This document shows, one piece after another, positions 52,201-64,000 of a stretch of 64,000 nt of DNA. This stretch comes from Catajapyx aquilonaris (Eukaryota). The stretch is taken from contig KZ538010.1 in the NCBI GenBank assembly GCA_000934665.2, positions 1 to 64,000 on the forward strand, written 5' to 3'. The notes beneath the pieces were generated by a model. The model saw nothing but the letters and a program-made list of their open reading frames with translations, had not been told where the DNA came from and made no database searches. Positions within the stretch are counted from its first letter, which is position 1. Each line of letters starts with the position of its first letter. Position numbers and translations under genes: made by a program.

Positions 52201-54017
52201 CAAAATCACCAGTCCTGTCTCCTGAACCACAGGGAAAATCACCAATCCTGTCGCCCGAACCACTGGAAAAATCACCAGTCCTGTCTCCTGAGCCACAGGC
52301 CATGTCACCTGAGCCACAGGCAAAGTCACCAATCTTGTCTCCTGAGCCACAGGCAAAATCACCCGAGCTCCCATTGTCCCCACCACTTGCCCCCCAACTC
52401 ACACCTATGTCTGGATTTGAGCCTCACTTCGAACAATCCTTTGCTTCCTCAGAACCACCTGTCCTCTCTCCTGTTCCTTCTTCTGGTTTTGCATTCTCAT
52501 CTGAGCCACCACAAGTTGCTGATCATGAGTTGATGTCACCTGAGAGAGAGAAGCCATATGAAGGTGCTCTGTCACCCACAGTGGAGAAGTCACCTGAACC
52601 TATGAAGCAACTGGAACCAGAATTTGACCTTCCATCACCAACAATGGTGGCAGCAAGGCCTGAGCCAACACAAGTGGAGTTGACCCTGTCGTCAGAGCCT
52701 ATTTTAACACCCGTGTTTTCCCAACCAGAACCTGAGACTGAACCACCAAAGCTGACTGAACCCAAACTGGAAGAGCTCTTTGTGGCCAAGGACCTGGAGA
52801 GGAATGAGTCCAACAGCGAGCTGCTTGATGTTGTAGAACCACACCCTGCAAGTGACTTGTCTGCTGCCATGGCTGAGCTGGAAGTTAAATCTAGACCAGA
52901 AGACCTCAACCTGGCTGCGGCCACAGCCCCATCTGTAGAGAAAAAGATGTCCAAGACCACCACACCAACCAAGCCCAAGGTGGGAGCCGCCGCAAAGTCA
53001 CCCACCAAGCCATTGTCGGCTAAGTCACCCACCAAGACAGCTCCAGCAGCAAAGGCACCAGTGAAATCAACTACCAATGCACCAAAGTCAGCTGCTCCTG
53101 CCGCAGCAGCAAAGAGGTTGACTCCAACTACTACAGCACCAGCTGCATCCAAGCCACGAGTGTCATCAGCCAGGGCGTCTGTAACCACAGCCATTGCAGC
53201 CAAACCTGCTTCGTCAGCTGCCACTGGAGCCAAGCCTGCTTCATCAGCTGGCCCTGGAGCCAAACCACCAGGAGCTGCAGCAGGAGCAAAACCCGATGCG
53301 AAGCGGCCATTATCCACTACTGCTGCAGCCAGGAAGCCATTGTTGGCAACTGGAGCAACCAGGCCTGTAGGTCCAGCTTCCCGCACTCCAAGTGCCAGTC
53401 CAACCAAACCTCCAGTGGCCAATGGGGTGGCTTCTAGGACAGCTGCAGCAACCAAACGACCTGTGCCAGCTGAGAGCAAGCAAGCAAAGGAGACAGCCAA
53501 CAAGGAAGTAGCTGCCAAATCTGCAACAGTGTCACGAGTGGCTGCCACCAAGAGTTCTGCTCCAGCCACCTCAATGACCAAGAAGGTGGCCGAGGTTAAA
53601 CCCAGGGTTACTCCTACCACCACAGCTGCAAGGGCCACCATGGCAGCAAAGGCACCAGCCAAGCCTGCACCAAATGCAGCCAAGTCGGCTGTCCCACCTC
53701 GGTCTACGGCCCCTGCAAAGCCAGCCGAGCCCAAGAAGTCTGCTTCAGCCACCATGTCGACAGCTGCTTCTAGGGCAGCCGCCAAGCCCCTGAGCAACAC
53801 CAAGACTGCACCTAAGCCAACGACTGTGACTGCTGTCAAGAAGCCATCTAGTGCTGGCAAGGTTGGGTCAGCATCCAAGACCAAGTCTCAGGAGGGTGAG
53901 GCCACCCCTGAGAAGAAGGAAGTAGCTGCCGAGACGGCTGAGCTGCCTGACATCCCCAAGGTGGAGAATGGGGTGGCTGAACCACAAGAAAACTCCGCTG
54001 CTGAGGCACACGTGTAA
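20915..54017 (+). CDS. PPM1E: PP2C-family phosphatase, PPM1E/PPM1F-like, with long low-complexity C-terminal extension (about 1583 aa, 11 exons)
   Basis: Exons 20915-21090, 25223-25350, 25531-25739, 25803-25994, 32319-32468, 32559-32652, 35891-36055, 47020-47366, 47529-47802, 49532-49689, 51159-54017, phases consistent; intact PP2C motifs RRKMEDRH, VFDGHAG, WLGDSQA, RVNGQLAVSRAIGD, LACDGLWD, GSSDNIT. Joining of exons 9-11 is inferred from splice sites and phase only. Confidence 0.85.
26892..27608. mobile_element. MITE, PIF/Harbinger-like
   Basis: About 69-bp TIR AGGTCTATTCTCATATCTGCGAGTAGTCGAAATATCGTTGCG...; perfect TTA TSD (26889-26891, 27609-27611). Confidence 0.9.
28115..28259 (+). mobile_element. 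5'-truncated copy of the 15241 SINE family
   Basis: TTCTCGGGGTTCTCCCGTTT..ATCAAAATCTATCACAG..GATCCCCTAAGAGGCCCAAGAAGGCCTATCACGGGGTATCC(TTA)n aligns by eye with about 15375-15546. Confidence 0.8.
28261..28541 (-). mobile_element. SINE family 2, inverted copy
   Basis: Reverse complement closely matches 31753-31935 (ACCGAAGCAGT..CCGACTGCTAATCGGGAG..AGGCCACAGCCGCTTCCTTCCGTCCCTATCC). Confidence 0.85.
28541..28612 (+). repeat. (TTA)n microsatellite
   Basis: About 24 perfect TTA units. Confidence 0.95.
29215..29470 (+). mobile_element. Possible degenerate tRNA-headed SINE
   Basis: A-box-like TGGCCGAGATGG (29221), B-box-like GATTCGATACC (29265), A-rich end at 29461-29470; no TSD seen. Confidence 0.4.
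30628..30760. mobile_element. Short piggyBac-like MITE remnant
   Basis: TTAA-CCC start then TGTAATGCCCACTGGGTCATATTTGGCACAC with inverted copy at 30730-30760; right terminal GGG-TTAA missing. Confidence 0.6.
31752..32093 (+). mobile_element. Full-length tRNA-derived SINE family 2 with (TTA)n tail
   Basis: B box GTTCGAATCC (31811-31820), (TTA)n tail, 13-bp TSD TATATATAGCAGA at 31739-31751 and 32094-32106. Confidence 0.9.
32166..32288. mobile_element. Small PIF/Harbinger-like MITE
   Basis: TIR GGCCGCATTTACATG vs GGCCATGTTCACATG; TTA on both sides; ends 30 nt upstream of PP2C exon 5. Confidence 0.7.
37204..37278 (+). repeat. (TAA)n microsatellite
   Basis: About 24 TAA units with two single-base interruptions. 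Confidence 0.95.
52038..52370 (+). repeat. Coding 33-bp tandem repeat, KSP(V/I)LSPEPxx
   Basis: About 10 units of 11 aa, core alternating KSPVLSPEPQG / KSPILSPEPL(A/E). Confidence 0.9.
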
Positions 54018-55761
54018 CTGCCTGACGAAGCCATCTTTCTTCCGGATTGAATTTGTAGAGGGTTGGGGACGCTTTGTTTATTTTCCGGCCCACTATTGTG
54101 AAATGAAACCTTTTTAAGGAAAAACATAAAAAACGAACGAGCATTTAGAAGCCTGTCCCACTTTTCGTTGTCCCTCTTCCACCCAACCCATAGCCAAAAG
54201 ATATCAGACTGAGAGCTACTCAGCTTTTTATGGTTTTGGCTTATGCAGATATCATGTCCTTTCCCTTACCCCCCCCCCCCCCACCCACCCCCCACCGAAT
54301 AAGCCCGCCGCATGCGAAATTAGTTTTTGTTCAAGGTCACACAATATTATGTGAATGTAGTAACTGACAAAGTACAGTTTAATCCTCCTATACTGTAACT
54401 CTGTAAGCACNNNNNNNNNNNNNNNNNNNNNNNNNNNNNNNNNNNNNNNNNNNNNNNNNNNNTTTTTTTTTTTTAATATTTGTATTTGGAATCAGTGCTT
54501 GCATCCAAACGCAAAGGAAATTTGAATGTTATAACTGATCCTTCTCGTGGAAACCTTTTCCACGAGAAGGATCTGCTATGATGCTCCATGTATTGTGTTT
54601 TTGAAGGCTTTGCGGGCGATTGCAGGTTGATTGTACATTGTTGCTTATGCCTCTTTTTTTTTTTCCGTGCTATCCCATATGGAAGGTAGGGGCTACTTGT
54701 TTTATACTGGATCGAGTCTTCCCTCCCAGTGGAAATGAATGTACGAGAGGGAAGGCTGGTGTACCCCTGCCACCCCTCCCCCCCAATTAACCCAGACAGA
54801 AAAATGAAGGAATAAGAGAATGGAAAAATGTGTTGTTTTTTCTAGCGTGAACATGCGTGTGATTCTTCCATGCCCTGTTCCCTGTGCCCAAGAAAATGAG
54901 CTTTGTTGCTTTTGGAGTAAATGATCAGATGTCAGTCTTCCTGGCTGTTGCCTTTTCTGTACCTTCTCCCCTCCCCTTCCTCGAACAACTGGTTACAATA
55001 CTTACTTTACATATTATCATTACCTTTTTGTCACTGTCATAGCTGGATGGCTTGTGGGCACGTAGTGCAGATGAAGATGCAACAAAATCATGTTTTTAAC
55101 ATTTTGATGTTGGTTTAGTTCTTTTCCCTACCCCAAGTTGCCTCTCATTGATTTGAGCTTAGCCGTGCAAGGTTGCCGAGGCCTTTATTTTATACACAGC
55201 AATATAGGAATAAAAAGAGAAGTTTCTTGTACAACTTGTACTGTGATTTTTCCATTCTTCATTTTTATTTCAATAAAAGTATTGATATATAAAATGTACT
55301 GAAGTCGCATACTTGTGTCAACTCCCCAACCTATTCGCAATGCTAGATTTGGACAACAACACGGCCATGGATAGAAATAATTTTATCAACAAGATCCGAG
55401 GTGATCCAGTACCAATTGGATTTCAATTGAAATGGAATGACCTAAACATATAAGTATTCTCATCATTGTTGGGCAGATGTGCCAATAGCAACAACGTGCA
55501 CTAGGCAGGATCGAAAGGAAAGAAAAGGCTCATTTACATCCTCTACTCTTTTATTACATCACATTGAGAGACAAACAAACGAGTATTTTAAAAATACATC
55601 TTGTGAGTCAGGAATTAGACTGAGAGATGCGAGTTAAACAACGGACGGGTCCTATTTGTTGTCGGAAAATGGAAATGAAAGTTCCCAGTCGTCCAGTTAA
55701 ATAAACCAAAATACCAGGTGAGTTTGGAATGAATCTGAAAATTTTTAAACCCATTGCTTTA

Positions 55762-58700
55762 CTACCCCTTGTTCTTCCCCTCATCTTCCTTGGCCCCTCC
55801 ATCCCCTTTACCATCATCCCCCTTACACCCACCCTCCTTGTTATTATCTTTGCTGAAACTTGCAACCCAAGAGGAGCTACTAGCCCCTCCCTCCTTCCTG
55901 AGTGGGGCTGATGGCACTGGCACAGACGCCCGAGGTGGAGACAGTGGCCTCTCGTGCACCGCAGCTGCTGATGGCGTTCCAAATCTGCTGTTCCCTCCCT
56001 TGTCCTCTAGTGAGTCGAGGGACATTTGCGTCAGCATGTTCTGGAATGACTGCAGTGACTGCTGGTACAAGGAGGGCAGTGGCACCACATCAAATCCGTC
56101 ATCATGCCTCTCTGAGTGCCGCTTCCCTTGGCTCTTGCTGCGGCAGTATTTCCCTCCGTGTGGGTGAGGGAGGAATGGTGGTGGCAGTGGCGGAAGCCCA
56201 AGGCTGCCAAAAACCTTGCACGTGTCACGTGACCGATCCAGGTTTCCAGCCGACTCAGGGGTGGCATCAATTGCACCAAGAAGGCTCTGTCTTGGTCTGG
56301 GAGCAGCTGCCGATATCGACGAGGCTGATGCCGAGGTAGAGAGTGGTGTGACAACTGCAGTGGACAGCGATGGTGAGGATGAGGATGCATTGGGAATAAA
56401 TGATGATGGGCTTCCGGGGTATCGCAGTGGACGCCGCCATGCTGGGACCTTAGAGGAAGTGGGTGCAGAGACTGGCGAAGTGCTTTGGAGGCCAAAGAGC
56501 TGAAGGAAGGCCTCATCATCCATCATGGATGTATCAGGTGAGGTCTTGGCTGCAGAGGATGAAGCACTTGTGTCTAGCAGGCCGTCCAGGTCAGACAAGA
56601 CTGAAGTGTGGTGGCGCCCAGAGCGTGGACCAGTTGCCGTGGTGCCATACTCCACATCATTGTCCACCGACATGGTCTCATCATCCACATCATTCTCATC
56701 ATTGGAGTTATCATCCCCCACTGTCAATGAGGAGACATCACCAGGGGCTTCCAGCTCATCCCCATCCAGATCCTGCTCCAGGAGATCCTGCCCAAATTGA
56801 AATGTACCTTTTAAGCATCGTGTCCTCTGTCACCTCTTCCTTGGAAAATAGTATCAACCCACCTCGCTATCGCTGCTGCTAGATCCAAGGGGCCCAGAGT
56901 CAAGGTTCCCAATGGCAACAGAAGGGGCCGATGCAGACTTGTCCACAGCCTTTCCTGAGGATGCCCTGGGTCTGGGTCTAGGGCATCGAAGACCAGAGGA
57001 GGGATGAGTGGGAAAGAACCTTGGGGAAGGATGGTGCAGGGACATGAGGGAGGCGGCAGAAGAGAGGGAAATGCTGGAGCTGGATGGCATGTGGCCAGAC
57101 AGAGAAGAGGACACAACTACAGTGCTGTTACTTGTACTGCTGCCAGAGATAACACTTGTGGTTGACGTGCAAGGAGAGCATGTTGATGACGACGACGAAA
57201 TGGATGGGGTGGATGGCTCCATAGGTCCAATGGTCCCTGCAGCAGGGGCATTGCTGTTTGAAGGAGTCACACCAGCATTGCGAGAAATTTCAATGGCCAG
57301 GCGCTAGAAAAACAAGTTAAGATGTCACGAGATCTTTAGGGCTTGTATCCTACATACATGTCATTGGTTTGACTCCTACCTCCTTCATTTCATTCATCTG
57401 AATTACATATTGTCCCTGGACACCTACAAGCTGTCCAATGTACCACTGCTGGTCTCTGCACCTCTGAAAGAAGGTGGGTGGCCGCACCTGGAACCTGAGT
57501 ACCAGTGTGTCATCATCTGGGTGCAGGTACCCTTCCTGAGCCAAGAGGTCGAGGCGGAAAAAGCGGTTGTATCCCCAACACTCTCCAACCTCAAAGTCGG
57601 AGGCAAATTCTCGCACAATGTTCTTGGAGGTATCCCGACTGCCCTGGTGGATCATCTCCACCCGGTACTCGTACTTGGAGGTCTCAGGGAGGCCAGCAGA
57701 CAGCTCCAGAAACACAGAGAGGTAGTTGCCTCGAACTACTCCATTGCCATCTGGATAAACCTTGAGGCGCCAGCAGAGGCCATTCACATGCAATGGGGGG
57801 GAATATACAGGGTCGGCCTTGTGTTGCAGCTGGCTGAAACGCTGCATCACGAAGGTGCTACCATCATATGGCGGAACAATCTCACTGGTGGAAAGAATGG
57901 AAAAATATGATCCAACTGAAAATGCAGCCACTGCAATGCACAATCATCACCTCTGGAAGTCTGCAGGGACTGGGGCAGTGACAAAGCTGGGCATTGGTGT
58001 CTTCCTGAGCCTCTGCAGCATCTGCAGCAAGTCTTGGCTCTTACCAATGAGCTCACTCTTTGAGTTGATGTGCAATTGCTGTTCCACATCCTGGAGGATG
58101 GACTCCAGCTGCTCTGTCTCCTGAGTCAGTGTGTTCTTCTGGCCCATCAGGGTCAGGAGCTTCGACTTGAGCTGGGAGTCCAAGCGAGCAATCATCAGCT
58201 CTACTGCATTGCGGATCTCTCGCACCTTTTCATCCTTTGCTGCACGAACAGACTCCACGTTGCGTTCCTGAAATTACCCACAAATCAATAGCAAATGGGA
58301 ACACAATCGATGAACATGTTACATACCACTTCCTGGACCAAACTAATGAGCTCCATGAAGCGCCTGCGAAGGTGAGCCACTTCATCTTTGATCTGTGCCA
58401 AATGGTGGTCATACACCTCTTCCTGTGGACGGAAGGTGTGTCCTGAGTGGGTTCCACCCCAGAGGGCACACTGATGGCAGATGCACTTGGCACATGTCCA
58501 GCAGTACACCGACATCTTCTCCTGGTGGGTCTCACATCTGAGGAATTTGCATGAGCAAGTGAGTTACATCCACACAACTTTCAAAGGAGCATTAAACCTG
58601 ACCTGTCCTTCTCAACTTGGTCTCCACCAATGCTTCCTCCTGAAGCCTGCAGGGTGTCAAGTTGCTGAGTGACCTCCTCCACCCAGCGGCAGTTGACCAG

Positions 58701-58982
58701 CTCGTGTAAGTGGAGTGTGGCCCTGCAGTGTGGGCATTGTGACCTCTGCTCCGTCAGCCATCGTCTGATGCAGAGGTAGCAGCACAGCTTGGAGCAGTGC
58801 GGACAAAGGTGGGCATCCCTCAGCTTCTCCATGCAGATGAAGCATCGGAACACCTCCGCCAAACTCTGCGTACACAAACGTAGGTCTTAGCAACCACCTG
58901 GCATGTGGGCATATTATCTGACCTCCACAGTGTGGTCGTCCTTCTTGTTGGCTGAGGATCCTGGCTTGTCTCTGGTGGCCAT
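55762..58982 (-). CDS. TRIM37: E3 ubiquitin ligase TRIM37 (about 940 aa, 7 exons)
   Basis: Exons 58982-58923, 58865-58603, 58537-58327, 58267-57951, 57884-57380, 57303-56863, 56787-55762; [30 protein letters not shown]-box, coiled coil, MATH domain [24 protein letters not shown], acidic [10 protein letters not shown] motif. Confidence 0.95.
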
Positions 58983-59189
58983 CTCTGCTGGCAGTGGCAG
59001 TGAAGAGCTGCAAATGGGTGGGAGGGTTGGGTGGATGGGCTTAGGACATAAGGGGTGAATGGCTGGCGGTGGACTGCATGGCCCGGGGGCAGTAGTGGGG
59101 GCAGGGTGATCCTAGGGGCGACGGGACAGGCTGGCAGTTGGGCTCTCTAAACCTCTTTTCCCTGTCCTCCCTAGTTGTTGTCAGGCCCC

Positions 59190-59290
59190 GTCAGCCGCCA
59201 TTTCTTGATTTTCTGCTGCAGCAGCAGCTGAGCTGGTCCGATGCTCACTTGTTCACTCCCTGGCCTGCTTACGTCACGATGACGTCACAA
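59190..59290 (-). promoter_or_regulatory. Putative TRIM37 promoter
   Basis: Minus-strand AAATGGCGGC (YY1-type) near 59194-59203; adjacent CRE-type TTACGTCA (59269) and TGACGTCA (59280). Confidence 0.45.
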
Positions 59291-59480
59291 GGACGACTTC
59301 CAATACAGTAGTTGCCGTATCCATTTTTCACTCATTGTTGCATTAAAAATAAGGGCACCATAAATCTGCACTGTATATTTCAGACCCACAGTAACATAAC
59401 AAATTATACATACAAAAATATTTACATGAAATTACAGCATTGTTCTTCAAAATATAATTTCCACAAATATCACGCAGGGT

Positions 59481-60505
59481 TTACCAGGGAACTTTACTTC
59501 CATCGTACTGTATGAACTGTCCATTGTGCTTGTGGGTTAGAAACTTCAGGACGTTGAGTATTCCTCCTATGCTCTCCTCTGTTGTCAATGGTGCTTTTGG
59601 ACCTCCAAGACCTGTCTTGACCCATCCCGGATGAAGACTGACAACCATGATGTTATCCGCAGCCAGGTCATTGCTCAATGATCTCGTGGCTGCATTGAGT
59701 GCGGCCTGAAATAATAGTGTAACACTAGAGTCTACATTGCTGCACAACATTATGGAATCAATGCAAAGTCAACTCAAAATATTATCAAGTGACCCTTCAT
59801 GCAGAATATTCAACCTTGCTGCATCTGTAAGGATAGAAGCCTCCTTCGACATTCTTCTCCATTGAACCCAAAATAGAGCTCATGTTGACGACAGCTGCCC
59901 TGGAGACTCCAAAAGGTTTGTCTGTGTTCTTCGCAGCCGCCCTTTTGAGCATGGGAACCATCTCCTTGGTGAGGAGAACGGGGGCCAGAGTATTCACCAT
60001 AAAAGTGTCCACCATCGCCTCCGCCTTGACCATCCCAATGCGGGTAAACTTAGGAGAGGTGCCAGCATTGTTGATCAGGACATTCAGACCATCTTCTCCC
60101 ACCACCTTGTCAACTTCTGATGCCACTTTGGAGAAGCTGGCAAAGTCATGCATATCTGTAGTACATGTTAGAGCACATCAATTACTGCTGTGATTAAACA
60201 TACAAGCGCAGTGTGTATGACCCTTTCCAGACATACCTAACTTGACCAGGTGTATGCATGGATGCTTCTCGGCCAGACTTTTCAGCTCCTGAAATGTGCA
60301 TAATCACATTACTTGTTTCTGTGCAAGTGCAATGTGCTCATACCTGTGCAGTGTCTGGATTCCTGTAGGTGGCAAAGACGTGCCTCAGTCTGTCAGTCCC
60401 ATCCTGTCCCTCATCCCTGAGCACCAGCTGCCTGACAAACTCCAGTCCGAGACCCCTGTTGCATCCGGTGATGAAGAAGGATGAGGGCAGGTTGTGCAGG
60501 GCCAT
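59481..60505 (-). CDS. sni: Short-chain dehydrogenase/reductase, C-factor/sniffer-like carbonyl reductase (259 aa, 4 exons)
   Basis: Exons 60505-60344, 60288-60237, 60155-59815, 59705-59481; ITGCNRGLGLEFVRQL, LINNAG, NMSSILGS, YRCSKAALN, LHPGWVKT, YDGSKVPW. Confidence 0.92.
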
Positions 60506-60746
60506 CTTGTACACCCCACCCATGAAGGTATCCCACATATTCGGTCCTACCTCCTGGTGACCCTCATGGGACACAACACAGCACGAAGGCCACCAAATCC
60601 AGCCTTGACCCTTGGCCCCAGCTGGCAGGGATGGTATCGACTGTTGCTACTGAGCATCGCCCACCCACACACACACTCACATGTGAGCAACATACGTTGG
60701 ACGCATTGCAGGAAAAGGTTGGAGACCGACTGTCTGAGGCTGCTCC

Positions 60747-63025
<2,279 letters not shown>

Positions 63026-63465
63026 TGCCACCTCTCGCTTTATTTTAGAAGCGAGAGGTGGCGGACAAGACTGATTGTTTCTAAACACTTGGTTTAAGCT
63101 GCCTTGGTTTTTCATTCTGGATGTTGCCTCAATAGATACTCTCTCTCTCTCTCTCAAACTTGTAGTTTCCCTCGCCACAAGTGTAGAACAGCAAAAGCAG
63201 CACCCTTTCATTTGCTGATCTAAGTTAAAATCATGGGAAGTACTGCCTACTGCTGTCAAAATTAAACTGGATATGTAAATTGCAGGAATGCTGCTTTTAC
63301 TCCTTTAAAACTAATCTGTATATTAGCTGCAGGTTTCTCATTCATAACAGCTCATGAAAATTCTGGAAATGATAGCTATAGTATAACATAGTCAGTTATG
63401 ATAGATCAAAATACTTAACTAATGCGACAGGCGGAGTTTAAAAAACCAGGGCAGCCCAAACCAAG

Positions 63466-63524
63466 TTGTGCGAATGACGTCCAGCCTGTAAACTTGTTAA
63501 AAGGGAGGCTGGACTGAAGTATAG
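63466..63524 (+). promoter_or_regulatory. SECIS element (type II)
   Basis: AUGA 63474-63477, helix GUCCAGCCU/AGGCUGGAC, unpaired AAA 63490-63492, mini-stem CUU/AAG, UGAA 63515-63518, helix I UUGUGC/GUAUAG. Confidence 0.93.
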
Positions 63525-63525
63525 G

Positions 63526-63531
63526 AATAAA
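63526..63531 (+). terminator. Polyadenylation signal of TrxR
   Basis: AATAAA immediately after the SECIS. Confidence 0.7.
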
Positions 63532-63583
63532 TCAAGTCTTAATATTGTACATAATATTATTGAAAATTAAAAATGTGGTACAA

Positions 63584-64000
63584 TCACCACCAGACATCTG
63601 TCATTTCTTCAGGGCACCCAAACCAATACTGGGGGGAAGGCAATGGATACCTCTCATCAATCATGACCACAGCATCATTGAACCTCCAGAATGCCTTTCC
63701 CTTGAAAAAGTATGTCTGCCCATCAGTCCAACGCATGGCTGCATCCAAATCACTGGGAACGCCTCGCCACAAGTCCATGCTTTTGGGGTATCCTTCGTCC
63801 AGGCGGGTCTCGTTTTCCAAGTAGCGCCAGTAGCGATCACCACTGTAAGTCAGTTTTATTTCATTGACATATTCTGAAGGCTATCCAGCTAGATGCAACA
63901 GGCAATATTCATCAACCAGTCTCACCTGTAGAGGTATGTCTTTCCATTTTTGCCCCAAACCAGAGCTGCATCAACATGGTCTACATCATTAGGAATTCCA
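63584..64000 (-). CDS. Matrix metalloproteinase, last two exons (hemopexin repeats); gene continues beyond the window
   Basis: Exons >64000-63926 and 63842-63584; VDAALVWGKNGKTYLYSGDRYWRY..DEGYPK..WRGVPSDLDAAM..TYFFKGKAFWRF..YWFGC. Confidence 0.88.

Noticed and set aside
52523..53884. 453-aa minus-strand ORF
   Set aside because: Antisense shadow of the low-complexity PP2C exon 11; no domain or independent gene signals.
54411..54461. Run of N
   Set aside because: Assembly gap, not a biological feature.
56808..56839. Possible TRIM37 micro-exon (AG..GT)
   Set aside because: Flanking introns would be only about 20-23 nt; a single 75-nt intron keeps the frame.
60631..60682. Alternative (cytosolic) TrxR first exon
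   Set aside because: Splicing T|GTGAGC to the 60934 acceptor creates an immediate TAG.

Overview
Gene-dense eukaryotic DNA with spliceosomal introns. The gene set and repeats suggest an arthropod, probably not a holometabolous insect (inference). Eleven protein-coding genes were assembled by hand from the ORF track plus GT-AG splice sites with consistent phases: SLC35G1-like transporter (-), MRPL36 (-), FABP (+), RNF10 (-), malectin (-), C22orf39/UPF0545 homolog (+), a 33-kb PPM1E/F-type PP2C phosphatase with a ~1,100-aa Map205-like tail (+), TRIM37 (-), a sniffer/C-factor-like SDR (-), mitochondrial thioredoxin reductase (+) and the 3' end of an MMP (-). Best non-obvious signals: (1) the TrxR is a selenoprotein (Gly-Cys-UGA-Gly-UAA) with a canonical SECIS plus a perfect 14-bp hairpin 6-7 nt after the UGA, and the convergent MMP 3'UTR probably runs antisense across the SECIS; (2) an H/ACA snoRNA in RNF10 intron 4 with a plausible 18S rRNA target; (3) the PP2C tail carries a PAM2-like motif, KSP repeats and a basic region; (4) a 127-bp near-perfect palindrome. 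Introns hold several PIF/Harbinger-type MITEs and two tRNA-derived SINE families with (TTA)n tails. All coordinates were read by eye; no searches or folding programs were run.
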